NCBI GenBank assembly: GCA_015063695.1 | Contig: SVTQ01000006.1 | Span: 8,718 to 72,717 of the forward strand | DNA: 64,000 nucleotides | Direction: 5' to 3' | Source of the DNA: Oscillospiraceae bacterium | GTDB lineage: Bacteria; Bacillota; Clostridia; Oscillospirales; CAG-272 | Shown here: in pieces, positions 19,216 through 28,247 of the stretch | How the letters are laid out: the number at the start of each line of letters is the position of its first letter | Position numbering within the stretch: position 1 is the first letter of the stretch | The notes under the pieces: generated by a model | What the model saw: only the letters and a program-made list of their open reading frames with translations | Databases searched by the model: none | Told to the model about the DNA's origin: nothing | Made by a program: the position numbers and the translations under genes

Positions 19216-20784
19216 TTATTTGCTCATTGCAACGGGGATAACCTTGTCAAGGTTCTTTTCGTTTGCATATACCCAGTAAATGCCTGCAAACTCTGTGAAG
19301 TCAGCGGAGTAAGCTTCGTTTCTGAGAGTTGTGTCAGCGGCAGCTTCCCATGCTTCAACGCCGTCGCCTGCGAGGTATACAAGGTATGTGCCCTTGTCGC
19401 TTTCGGAGTAAATCTTCTTAACGCCGCCTACTGCTGCATCTTCAGCATAGAGGCCGTCAGCAAAGGGAACGTCCTTTGTGAGGTTTTCTTCAAGGTGAGC
19501 ATGTCCTGCTTCGGAGTACTTTTCAACCATTTCGAGGAAAGCTTCTTCACCCTTGCCTGCAGCTTCCCATTCAGCTATGATCTCATCAGCTTTAGCTGCG
19601 GAGCCTGCGCCTGCGTTTGCGGAATCTGTGGAGGGATAGGTTGTGTCAGAGAGGAAGAGGTATGCACCGTTCTTTGTAACGTATGTGTCTTTATACTCAG
19701 GAGTAAGGAGCATGTAAACTGTGTATGTGCCTGTTGTGTCACTGGCATCAACGTAAGTTTCGCCTGCTGCAGCGGATGCGGCCCATTTCTTGAGATCGTC
19801 GCCTGTAAGGGAGTTTGTGAGAGCTCCTTCTGTCTTGTATGTGTCAACCTTAGCCTGAATTTCGTCAGCGTTAACTTCTTCGCCTTCCTTCAGCTCAGCC
19901 TTAGCCTCTTCAGTGAGGGCATTTGTGATATAAGCGTTGAAATCTTCAGCGGATGCAACAGCTGCGAGTGTGTCAGCCTTTGTCTTCATTTCGGCTTTGG
20001 ATTCTTCCTTAACCTTGCCGTCATCACCCTTTTCCGCTGTGAATGCATACTTGAGGTAGTCTATCTTGAGGTAATTTTCGGGATGAGCTTCGTAGTCAGC
20101 AGCATAGTCGTCAGCTGTGAATTCGTAGCTTTCGCCGAGCTCTTCGGAGTACTTGGAAGCGAGCTGTGCAAGAACGAGAGCGTCCTTCATGTCGGAAAGC
20201 TTAACAGCTGTGCCGAAGATAAGCTTAACGTAGGAGTTAGCATCGTAGCCGTACTGCTTTGCGCCCTCTTTGTAGTCGTTGATAAGCTCGTCGATTTCAT
20301 GCATATCGTGTTCATCAAGCTCAACGCCGTTTGCCTTTGCAGCTTCTGCAAGGATAAGGTACTGCTGAACCTGGCTTTCTGTCTGTGTCATGAAGTAGTC
20401 ATACCATGATGTCTGACCGTCAATTGAGGTCTGGCTCTTAAGGTCCTTGGAAGTATCAAGACCGAAAGAGGAGAGACTGCTTCCGTACTGACCTGCGAAG
20501 TTCTGGTATACAGAGTTGAAGTAGTATGTCATCATTGCATTGTTTACGCTGAAGTTTTCAGAGGAAACAACTGTTGTGCATCTGTCAATGATACCGCTTG
20601 TGATAACTGTCTTGTAGCCGAAAAGACCAATAGCAACAGCGAACAGAAGAATAACACTTACGAGAATGATAGTGTTACTGAGGTTTGCCTTTTTCTTTGC
20701 TTTAGCGGCAGCGGCTCTTCTTTCTGCCTTCTGAACCTTATGTTCAGCTTTGATTTCGTTTTTGGTTTTTGCATCTTTTGCCAT
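19216..20784 (-). CDS. membrane-anchored SurA/PrsA-like foldase (degenerate parvulin domain)
   Basis: ATG 20784. Lys-rich N-terminus, then TM IILVSVILLFAVAIGLFGY, then a long helical Ala/Glu/Lys region. Resemblance to PrsA-like chaperones is general only. Confidence 0.4.
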   Translation of the reverse strand: MAKDAKTKNEIKAEHKVQKAERRAAAAKAKKKANLSNTIILVSVILLFAVAIGLFGYKTVITSGIIDRCTTVVSSENFSVNNAMMTYYFNSVYQNFAGQYGSSLSSFGLDTSKDLKSQTSIDGQTSWYDYFMTQTESQVQQYLILAEAAKANGVELDEHDMHEIDELINDYKEGAKQYGYDANSYVKLIFGTAVKLSDMKDALVLAQLASKYSEELGESYEFTADDYAADYEAHPENYLKIDYLKYAFTAEKGDDGKVKEESKAEMKTKADTLAAVASAEDFNAYITNALTEEAKAELKEGEEVNADEIQAKVDTYKTEGALTNSLTGDDLKKWAASAAAGETYVDASDTTGTYTVYMLLTPEYKDTYVTKNGAYLFLSDTTYPSTDSANAGAGSAAKADEIIAEWEAAGKGEEAFLEMVEKYSEAGHAHLEENLTKDVPFADGLYAEDAAVGGVKKIYSESDKGTYLVYLAGDGVEAWEAAADTTLRNEAYSADFTEFAGIYWVYANEKNLDKVIPVAMSK

Positions 20785-21004
20785 GATTGCAAATCCGCCT
20801 TTCAAATTTGTGTTCTTAAAATTTTACAAACAATATTGTAAGGGCCGACCGCAAAGCGGTTCGGCAAAAAGGTCAGGGTAGACCTCGACCTTTACATTAT
20901 ATCACAAGGAAGAATAAATTTCTACCCCTATTTCAATATTTTTTATATTTTCTTTATTTTTATTATATTATAAGCATAGTATTATATGTTGAGGTAAAAT
21001 CGTG

Positions 21005-21667
21005 TTAGTCCTGAAGGTTGCGTTTGCACCACTCAAACAGGTCGGAAAAAGCTTTTTCAAAATCATAATCGCTGTTTTCAGAAAGCTCCGTTGCCGTTTC
21101 AAGGATTTTTTTGTCCTCATTTTCCAGATGCTCTGCAATAACGGCTTTTGTGGGATAGAATACACCGTCTTTCAGATAATAAATACTTTGAAGTATAAAG
21201 AAAACGCCTTTATAGGTAAAAGGAAGGGTCTCCACATTGCTTTTTTTGTCGGAGTGAATATAGCGGTGGCAAAGTTCGTGATATATGTTTCCAACGCTCT
21301 GTTTTATAAAGTTTTTTACGTCTTCTTTGGAATATTCGGGAACAAAGTTCGAAAGCTTCCCGAAAAAATCTTTGGTGCCATGAATAAAATTACACATTTC
21401 GAGGGGATTCCAGTTTGCCATATCACTTCTGCCGCAGATAAATCCGCAAGCTTTATCCGAAAAAGGAAGGCGGTTTATAATTGATTTGTAAGTTTCAAGA
21501 TCTTTTACCGTCAGATTATCAAGAATTACGACAACGTCAATGTCGCTCTTTTCCGTAGCTTCTCCTCGCAGATGACTTCCCTGAAGCCCGAGGAATAAAA
21601 ATCTTTCCCCGAATTCTGTTTTCAGAGCTTCTGTTAAATCTTTTATGTAGGTGTCTATTTTGAACAT
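21005..21667 (-). CDS. nucleotidyltransferase-domain protein (KNTase/ANT-like two-domain architecture)
   Basis: LGLQGSHLRGEATEKSDIDVVVIL is the GS-x(n)-DxD minimal nucleotidyltransferase motif. The C-terminal half is helical. Confidence 0.6.
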   Translation of the reverse strand: MFKIDTYIKDLTEALKTEFGERFLFLGLQGSHLRGEATEKSDIDVVVILDNLTVKDLETYKSIINRLPFSDKACGFICGRSDMANWNPLEMCNFIHGTKDFFGKLSNFVPEYSKEDVKNFIKQSVGNIYHELCHRYIHSDKKSNVETLPFTYKGVFFILQSIYYLKDGVFYPTKAVIAEHLENEDKKILETATELSENSDYDFEKAFSDLFEWCKRNLQD

Positions 21668-21691
21668 TTTGTATCTCTCTTGCGGTTTTGA

Positions 21692-22180
21692 TTATTTTTG
21701 ATATTTGTTTTCTAAATCTTCGAAATTGCCTTTAAAATGGAAACAGTCTCCGTCTTTGTTGTGATAAACAAGACCAAGATGCTCAAGGATATTTTGTGAT
21801 TTCAAATTGTTTTTATGGGCGTATGCTTCTACTGTTTTTGTGTTTTCGGGAAGCTTCGGTAAAAGCCACGTGTACAGAAGTCGAAAAACCCCGCTTTGGT
21901 GGTATTTCTTTTCTATTTGAATTTCTTCCATCATAAAGGTTCCGCCTGTAACGTAATACATGAAAAAGCCGATAAGTTCATCTTCATTGAAGATAAGAGC
22001 CATTTGACGTGCATCTTTTGACATTGCGGGATAAACTGCACAGTACCATTCCGAAAAGGCTTCTTCGTATGTTTTGCCGTCGGGAGCAATGGCCTCCATG
22101 TTTGCGCGGAGTATTTTAAAGCAATCGGGAAGATATTCTTCCACTCGGCTTTTGTCGGCGAATTTGAAATGAAAAGTCAT
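21692..22180 (-). CDS. GNAT-family N-acetyltransferase
   Basis: Start set to ATG 22180 after AAAGGAG; the upstream part of the ORF reads through repeat DNA. IQIEKKYHQSGVFRLL resembles motif A. About 162 aa. Confidence 0.55.
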   Translation of the reverse strand: MTFHFKFADKSRVEEYLPDCFKILRANMEAIAPDGKTYEEAFSEWYCAVYPAMSKDARQMALIFNEDELIGFFMYYVTGGTFMMEEIQIEKKYHQSGVFRLLYTWLLPKLPENTKTVEAYAHKNNLKSQNILEHLGLVYHNKDGDCFHFKGNFEDLENKYQK

Positions 22181-22197
22181 GGGGGCTCCTTTCGAAA

Positions 22198-22413
22198 GAG
22201 ATATCGAAATGTTATCTCGAGAGTTATCAACGTCGTAAGACGTGTATATCATCAAGGCGATAGCCTTGCATATCATCAAAGCAATGCTTTGTATATCATC
22301 ACTTGCGAAAGCTTTAGATACACGCCAAGGTGTGATGAGATACAACAGCGGCAATGCCGCTGTTGATGATATGCACGCTGTGCGTGATGATATGCCACCT
22401 GCTTCGCAAGTGG
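22198..22413. repeat. nested palindromic motif/hairpin array A (G[T/C]ATATCATCA x3 direct, TGATGA[T/G]AT[A/G]C x3 inverted)
   Basis: Direct copies lie at 22244-54, 22268-78 and 22291-301. Inverted copies lie at 22333-43, 22364-74 and 22385-95. Unique mini-hairpins sit between copies: AAGGC-GATA-GCCTT, AAAGC-AAT-GCTTT, AACAGCGGC-AAT-GCCGCTGTT and CACGC-TGT-GCGTG. Confidence 0.8.
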
Positions 22414-22449
22414 ATAAAAAATCCCATTCTCTTTCGAGAATGGGATTTT
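22414..22449 (-). terminator. terminator directly after tRNA-Arg
   Basis: AAAAATCCCATTCTC-TTTC-GAGAATGGGATTTTT hairpin followed by a T-run on the minus strand. Confidence 0.8.
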
Positions 22450-22525
22450 TGGCGCGCCCTGCAGGATTCGAACCTGCGGCCTACCGGTTCGTAGCCGGGC
22501 ACTCTATCCACTGAGCTAAGGGCGC
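22450..22525 (-). tRNA. tRNA-Arg (anticodon ACG), CCA encoded
   Basis: The reverse complement GCGCCCTTAGCTCAGTGGATAGAGTGCCCGGCTACGAACCGGTAGGCCGCAGGTTCGAATCCTGCAGGGCGCGCCA folds as a cloverleaf. It has a 7-bp acceptor stem, anticodon loop CTACGAA and T-loop GGTTCGAATCC. Confidence 0.9.
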
Positions 22526-22546
22526 ATTTTCATTTTTAGCTTAGTT

Positions 22547-22575
22547 ATCATATCACAAAAGTTTTGCTTTGTCAA
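22547..22575 (-). promoter_or_regulatory. sigma-A promoter for tRNA-Arg
   Basis: On the minus strand: TTGACA (22575-22570), a 17-nt spacer, then TATGAT (22552-22547). Confidence 0.6.
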
Positions 22576-22691
22576 TAGAAAAAACGATTTTTCTTTTTAT
22601 TTTTTCAGATTGGGAATTGTTTTCTTTGTGACGGATGCCAAAAAAATCAACAGACCGCCGATTTCGGCGGTCTGTTTCATCCTTATATTAT

Positions 22692-23882
22692 TTATACGGT
22701 GTAGTTATCGAAGTAACCCTGAACCCAAACGATGGGAGTACCCTTGTCGCCGCTTCCGCTTGTAAGGTCACAGAGAGAGCCGATAAGGTCTGTAAGACGG
22801 CGGGGAGTTGTACCCTCGGATGCCATGTTGCCTACAAGGTCAGCGTCCTTGGACTTGATGCGCTCGGAAATAGCAGCCTTCAGTTCGTCACCGGAAAGGT
22901 CAGCGAAATCGTTGTCAGCGAGATACTTGAGCTTGAGCTCGTTGGGCTGACCGATAAGTCCGTCCGTGTGAGCAGGAGAAACAACGGGGTCAGCAAGCTC
23001 CCAGATCTTGCCTACGGGGTCCTTGAATGCACCGTCGCCGTAAACCATAACTTCAACCTTTTTGCCTGTTTCTTCGGCGATGATCTTCTGAATTTCGGCA
23101 ACGACTGCATCGCAGTCGCGGGGGAAGAGCTTAACTGTTTCTTCCGTAGCTTTATTTGTACCGTAGAGACCGTATTCCGCATTGTATCCGGAGCCGTCAA
23201 CGCTTTCGGAAAGAATGTTGTCAAGACCGTAAACGATCTCAGCGCCTGCGGCTTTCAGAAGTCTCTTTGTTCTTACTCTTGTATGGATATCGCAAACCAG
23301 AACGTTCTTTGTGAAGTTAAGGATCGCACGGGGGTCATTTGCCAGAACGATCTCGGCCTCGCAGCCGCAATCTTCGATAAGACCCTTGTAGTATTCAATG
23401 TAATCAACACCTGTGAAGCGGTGCTTTACGATGCCGAACAGCTCGCGGAATTTAGCTTCTGTGAGAACGTCTGTCCAGGGGTTAACGCCTGCTTCGTCAA
23501 GTGCATCGAGGTCGATAAGGTGGTTGCCCACTTCGTCAGAGGGGTAGCTGAGCATAAGAACTATCTTCTTCGCGCCCTTTGCAATACCTCTGAGGCATAT
23601 AGCAAAACGGTTACGGCTGAGAATGGGGAAGAGAACACCAACGGTTCCGTCGGGATATTTTGCCTTGATGTCAGCGGCGATCTGATCTACGTTTGCGTAG
23701 TTACCCTGAGCGCGTGCAACAACTGCTTCGGTAACTGCAACGATGTCACGATCTCTGATTTCAAGGTTTTCGCTCTTTGCCGCGTCAAGAACGCTGTGAG
23801 CAACTATTTTGGCAATATCGTCGCCTTCTCTTATGATGGGCGCACGAACACCTCTCGAAACTGTGCCGATAAGTCTTTCCAT
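22692..23882 (-). CDS. CofE-like (F420-0:gamma-glutamyl ligase fold) protein with about 150-aa C-terminal extension
   Basis: The N-terminus RAPIIREGDDIAKIV...RDRDIVAVTEAVVARAQG follows the CofE/PF01996-type pattern. 396 aa. Confidence 0.5.
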   Translation of the reverse strand: MERLIGTVSRGVRAPIIREGDDIAKIVAHSVLDAAKSENLEIRDRDIVAVTEAVVARAQGNYANVDQIAADIKAKYPDGTVGVLFPILSRNRFAICLRGIAKGAKKIVLMLSYPSDEVGNHLIDLDALDEAGVNPWTDVLTEAKFRELFGIVKHRFTGVDYIEYYKGLIEDCGCEAEIVLANDPRAILNFTKNVLVCDIHTRVRTKRLLKAAGAEIVYGLDNILSESVDGSGYNAEYGLYGTNKATEETVKLFPRDCDAVVAEIQKIIAEETGKKVEVMVYGDGAFKDPVGKIWELADPVVSPAHTDGLIGQPNELKLKYLADNDFADLSGDELKAAISERIKSKDADLVGNMASEGTTPRRLTDLIGSLCDLTSGSGDKGTPIVWVQGYFDNYTV

Positions 23883-24070
23883 GTTTTTACCGTCCCTTTT
23901 ATGAATATATATACATTCTTATAAATTTGCAGGAAGCCCTACCTTATTATTATATATCATAGCATACCCTTTAGTCAATGATATATGTTATATATTTTTT
24001 TTAATATGAGAATAAATTTTCTACGATTTAACAAAAAACTGTTCTTTGCGGAGGTAGAATCAATGATGTA

Positions 24071-24117
24071 ATAATGAAAAATGGGATGTAAAAAGATTGT
24101 AATTTTTACATCCCATT
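24071..24117 (-). terminator. Rho-independent terminator
   Basis: AATGGGATGTAAAAA / ATTTTTACATCCCATT stem with a T-run on the minus strand. Confidence 0.65.
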
Positions 24118-24155
24118 TTCGCTCTTTTTAATGTCAGACAGAGCCAAAAACGCAG

Positions 24156-25577
24156 TTAAGATCTAAGTGCTTTCTTCAGCTTCACGCTGTCTTGTGCATT
24201 GATATCGCCGTTACCGTCGATGTCCATGCCCTTCTCGGAAACCTTGTCCGGATCGACAGCGCCTGCCAAATATTTTTTTAATAACGCGGAATCTTTGGCA
24301 GTTAGTTCACCGTCGCTGTTTACGTCTCCGTCTATGCCGCTGAAATAGTTGATTATAATTACAACCGAAGTCTCCGCGGTGTGGAGTGTTCTTGTAACGA
24401 TATAAACGGTTTCGTCGGCATCAGCCTCAATGTCAATACTTGCTATTGACGTAGTAGCACCTTCTGTTGAAGCGATTATTTCGCCTTCGGAGTTTACCGC
24501 CCATGCTTCCAATGTGCTGTCGCCCTCAAGAATTACGGTGTAGATACCGCTTTCCCACGCTGTGAATGAGTAAACGCTCTTGTCTTCCGTGTTTGCTGTG
24601 AGTTCTATAATATCTCTGCCGTTTTCGGTAAAGATCTTCTTGCTGAGGGTCTCAAGCTTTGCAGTGTCTGTCTCGGGCCATTCTTCAACGTCGTCTTCAT
24701 AAACTTCGCCTATGAAGTAGTAACAAGCGAACATCCACGCATCGTCTTTTGTAAAACCGAGCCAGCCTTCTTCGGTGTACCAGCCTTTGTAGGTGCCTAC
24801 TTCTTTGTAAATTTCCATAAGGTCTTCGGTAAGAGGATACAGACCCGTTTTGCTGTCTGCACAGTCAAGGTATTCGGAGAAAGCTTCGCAGTAATCAACG
24901 TAATGGTCGGTTTTGCCTTCGTCGTTGAAAACGGCAATTTTTAGCTGACCGTAGTCAAGTGCTGCCGCAAGGCTCATCTGTTCATCGTTGAGGTCGACGA
25001 AAATGCGGGGACCTGTCGCTTCGTTGAGGCGGTAGAGACCGTCGGGGCCGAGAACGGGAGCATCGACTTTTTCATCCTGCGCGTTTACGTTGACAAGTGC
25101 TGCCGCATCTTCTTCAAATACAAACGCTTCGGGAGTTGTCGTGTTTTCGTATACGATGACGGGGATTGTTATGATCTCAATAGGTTCATATTCAACAGTG
25201 ATCGTGGCAGCTTGCCCCTGTGTGAGTACGGCAACCCAGATCCTCTGACCTACGGATTTGCACTCCCATGTAACTGAAGTTTCGGTAACTGTTGTTTCGG
25301 ATGGGGGAGTGGTTATCCACATGCCGTTGTTGCTGACGATACCAAGAAGCTTATCTGAAGAAATAGTATATTTGCCTGTTTCTGCGGGGCTAAAGGTATA
25401 AACTGTATAGTCGTATGCACATGCTTCGTATTCTGCTGTGCAGATAAGTCCTTCAACGTCAGCCTGAAGGGCAGCGCCTTTTGCGTAATTAACGTCTGCC
25501 GCAAAAACGGACACGGGAAGAAGGAGCATCACCACCGCTATCAGAATAGCAAGGGCTTTGAGGGTCAAATTTTTCAT
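24156..25577 (-). CDS. secreted dockerin-containing protein (cellulosome component, unknown N-terminal module)
   Basis: Signal peptide MKNLTLKALAILIAVVMLLLPVSVFA. The C-terminal duplicated Ca-binding segments DVNSDGELTAKD and DIDGNGDINAQD form a type I dockerin. Confidence 0.8.
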   Translation of the reverse strand: MKNLTLKALAILIAVVMLLLPVSVFAADVNYAKGAALQADVEGLICTAEYEACAYDYTVYTFSPAETGKYTISSDKLLGIVSNNGMWITTPPSETTVTETSVTWECKSVGQRIWVAVLTQGQAATITVEYEPIEIITIPVIVYENTTTPEAFVFEEDAAALVNVNAQDEKVDAPVLGPDGLYRLNEATGPRIFVDLNDEQMSLAAALDYGQLKIAVFNDEGKTDHYVDYCEAFSEYLDCADSKTGLYPLTEDLMEIYKEVGTYKGWYTEEGWLGFTKDDAWMFACYYFIGEVYEDDVEEWPETDTAKLETLSKKIFTENGRDIIELTANTEDKSVYSFTAWESGIYTVILEGDSTLEAWAVNSEGEIIASTEGATTSIASIDIEADADETVYIVTRTLHTAETSVVIIINYFSGIDGDVNSDGELTAKDSALLKKYLAGAVDPDKVSEKGMDIDGNGDINAQDSVKLKKALRS

Positions 25578-25698
25578 GTTTACCTCCGTTTTTATAGTTT
25601 TATTTTCTGGTCACAAAAAACTTCATATTTATAATGTTTATAATGGTTTGTTGGAAGAACAAAAGACGAAATCGGTATTCGGTACCGTTTGGCCCGTC

Positions 25699-26406
25699 TT
25701 ACAGCTTTGAAATGACATCAAAAAGCTCTTTCCAACCGCCGTGAGGGAATTCGTTTATATCTCGTCCGGTTCTGTTTACGAGACAGTTCGTCAGAAGAAA
25801 ATACTTCATGCCGAGAGCTTTCGAGGGCAGCATATCGTCAAGGGTGTCGTTGCCGATCATCATGCACTCTGAGGGGCAAATAATGCATTTTTTAAATATT
25901 TCGCGGTAATAACCCGGCTCCGGTTTACAGAAAGAGGAGTTTTCCCAGGCGGTAATATGTTCGAAATCCTCGGGGACGAGTCCTGCCCAGCGTATTCTGT
26001 CATAGGTTGCGACAGACGGAAAAGCGGGATTTGTTGCAAGGATAAGCCTCAGCCCTTTTTCTTTTGCAAGTTCTATTGCCTTTTTTGCTTCGGGGGCATA
26101 TCCGCAAACTTTTTTGAGCTTTTCAAAATCGTTTTTGTAAAAAGCTTCGAATAGGCTCTCGGGAGCTTCGTCTTTCCCCGGTTTTTCTTTATAAAGCATC
26201 GCGAAAAGTTCCTCGTTTGTACAACTGCCGTCGTTTTTCATCATGCCGAAGACAGCTTGCTTTACGGCATTAATGTATTTATCGGCATCGGGTTTTCTTT
26301 TCGTGAGATATTCTGCAATGAGTCTGAAATATTCAATTATAAATTCATCCTGATCAAGAGGAAGAAGTGTTCCGTCAAGATCAAAAAGCAGAGTTGTTGT
26401 TTTCAT
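25699..26406 (-). CDS. HAD-superfamily hydrolase
   Basis: LLFDLDGTLL motif I and GNDTLDD motif IV. Confidence 0.8.
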   Translation of the reverse strand: MKTTTLLFDLDGTLLPLDQDEFIIEYFRLIAEYLTKRKPDADKYINAVKQAVFGMMKNDGSCTNEELFAMLYKEKPGKDEAPESLFEAFYKNDFEKLKKVCGYAPEAKKAIELAKEKGLRLILATNPAFPSVATYDRIRWAGLVPEDFEHITAWENSSFCKPEPGYYREIFKKCIICPSECMMIGNDTLDDMLPSKALGMKYFLLTNCLVNRTGRDINEFPHGGWKELFDVISKL

Positions 26407-26505
26407 GTTTTTAATTTAGGGTATACAACTTTAGTTTAAATTGTAAACTATTATCATAAGATTAAGTTTAAATTACAGTTATTTTTATATAAAAACCGTT
26501 TCATG

Positions 26506-27615
26506 TTATTCGAAGTAGTCGGACACTTCTTTGAGAAGTTTCATTACGGGAAGATTTTGGGGACACATTTCTTCGCACTTTCCGCATTCGAGACAGTCGG
26601 AAATCTTTCCGTGAATTTTTGAGAGGTTGTGATAGTATCCTTCCTGAGCGGTGAATTTCTTGTCCTCAAGCTCTTGTTTATCTGCATTATAAAGCGAGAA
26701 GTAGGAAGGGATAGGAATATCGGCGAGGCATGTGGCGATGCAGTATTCACATCCTGTGCAGGGAATTGCAATGTCGGAATTGATTATTCTGACTGCCTTT
26801 TCGATAATACTCAGTTCATTTTCATTTAAAGGCTCAAAGTCTTCCATGTAACCCATATTGTCCTGAAGCTGAGTCATGTTGCTCATGCCCGAGAGGACAC
26901 ATTCAACGTTTTCAAGACTTGCCGCAAAACGGATAGCCCAAGAGGAAACGGAAGCATCAGGGTTGTATCCCTTGAAAGCTCTTTTTACGCCTTCGGGAAC
27001 CTTTGCGAGAGTTCCGCCTTTGACGGGCTCCATAACGACAACGGGAATGTTGTGCTTAAGTGCCACCTCGTAGCATTTACGGGACTGAATTCCGTCGCTT
27101 TCCCAGTCAAGGTAGTTTATCTGCAGTTGAACGAAATCGAAGAAGGGGTTTTCTGTCAGCACTTTATCGAGGAAATCCGCGGTATCGTGGAAGGAAAAGC
27201 CTATCTTTTTGGCAAGCCCTTTTTCCTTTAAATTCTGTATCCAATTGAAGCAGTCGTATTTTTTGAATATTTCGTAGCCCGCAACACCGATATCGTGGAG
27301 AAGATAGCGGTCGAAATAAGTAACACCTGTTTTTTCAAGCTGTTCATTAAAAATTCTCTCAACGTCTCCCTCGGATTTAAGGTATCCGTGGTGGAGCTTG
27401 GTTGCAAGAATATACGTATCTCTGTCATGGCGGGAGGTGAGGAATTCCTTTACTGCGCCTTCGCACTTATATCCGCAGTACATCCATGCAGTGTCAAAAT
27501 AGGTGAAGCCTCTTGCGATAAAGGCATCTACCATTTTTTTGCATTCTTCAATATCGATTTCCTTGGTTTCGGGAATATCGGGGAGGCGCATAAGACCGAA
27601 GCCCAGCTTTTTCAT
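26506..27615 (-). CDS. aldo/keto reductase with C-terminal 4Fe-4S ferredoxin-like domain
   Basis: Start set at ATG 27615 (MKKLGFGLMRLP). AKR core (FDTAWMY...). C-terminal CTGCEYCIATC and CLECGKCEEMCP cysteine clusters. Confidence 0.8.
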   Translation of the reverse strand: MKKLGFGLMRLPDIPETKEIDIEECKKMVDAFIARGFTYFDTAWMYCGYKCEGAVKEFLTSRHDRDTYILATKLHHGYLKSEGDVERIFNEQLEKTGVTYFDRYLLHDIGVAGYEIFKKYDCFNWIQNLKEKGLAKKIGFSFHDTADFLDKVLTENPFFDFVQLQINYLDWESDGIQSRKCYEVALKHNIPVVVMEPVKGGTLAKVPEGVKRAFKGYNPDASVSSWAIRFAASLENVECVLSGMSNMTQLQDNMGYMEDFEPLNENELSIIEKAVRIINSDIAIPCTGCEYCIATCLADIPIPSYFSLYNADKQELEDKKFTAQEGYYHNLSKIHGKISDCLECGKCEEMCPQNLPVMKLLKEVSDYFE

Positions 27616-27782
27616 TAGTTTAGTCACCGACTTTCTTTTGGCACACTTTACAACTACCGTGCCATCATATGATCTTGTAATATAATATATTGTACAATTA
27701 TTTTTGCTCTTTGTCAATATTTTTGACAATATCGCTTTAATGTGTTAAAATGTTAAAAAGCGTTTTTGAAGGAGATATGTTA

Positions 27783-28190
27783 ATGATAGCGGTAGTATGT
27801 GTTGACGATAAGATGGGAATGACCTTTCTGGGTCGTCGTCTCAGTAGGGACAGTATGCTTCGTGCGCGCCTTATAGAGCTCTGCGGCGGTGCTTGTCTCC
27901 GCATGAATTCTTACAGTAAAGGTCAGTTTGAGGAAGAATATTCGATTTTCGTATCGGAAAGCTTTCTTGAGGAAGCAGAAACCGGTGATTTCTGTTTTGT
28001 GGAAAATTGCGACATTACTCCCTTTGAAGAAAAGATTGAAAAAGTACTTCTTTATAAGTGGAACAGACACTATCCCTCTGATGTAAAATTTACTTTTCCT
28101 CTTGAAGAAAAGGGTTTTGTTCTTAAAAACGTTTACGAATTCGAGGGCTCCTCTCACGAGAAGATAACAGAAGAAATATGGGAGCGTTGA
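27783..28190 (+). CDS. hypothetical protein (possibly DHFR-like fold)
   Basis: ATG 27783 lies 8 nt after GGAG. MIAVVCVDDKMGMTFLGRRLSRD loosely resembles the N-terminus of DHFR/RibD-C-type proteins. The assignment is weak. Confidence 0.3.
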   Translation: MIAVVCVDDKMGMTFLGRRLSRDSMLRARLIELCGGACLRMNSYSKGQFEEEYSIFVSESFLEEAETGDFCFVENCDITPFEEKIEKVLLYKWNRHYPSDVKFTFPLEEKGFVLKNVYEFEGSSHEKITEEIWER

Positions 28191-28193
28191 TAT

Positions 28194-28229
28194 AAAAAGG
28201 AGTTTCGCGTTTTCGCGAAACTCCTTTTT
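28194..28229. terminator. bidirectional terminator
   Basis: AAAAAGGAGTTTCGCG-TTTT-CGCGAAACTCCTTTTT. Confidence 0.75.
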
Positions 28230-28247
28230 ATATAGTTTTAACTTTTG

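Noticed and set aside
19195-20409. 404-aa Cys/Val/Phe-rich plus-strand ORF
   Set aside because: It is a shadow ORF antisense to the foldase-like gene, with the same composition artefact and no recognisable domain or SD.
21692-22354. Full 220-aa version of the GNAT ORF
   Set aside because: The first 58 codons read through repeat element A (peptide ...DDIQSIALMICKAIALMIYTSYDV...). A good SD and ATG at 22180 give a normal-length GNAT.
22635-23924. 429-aa plus-strand ORF
   Set aside because: It is antisense to the CofE-like gene, whose translation carries family motifs. The plus-strand product is low-complexity and Cys/Val-rich.
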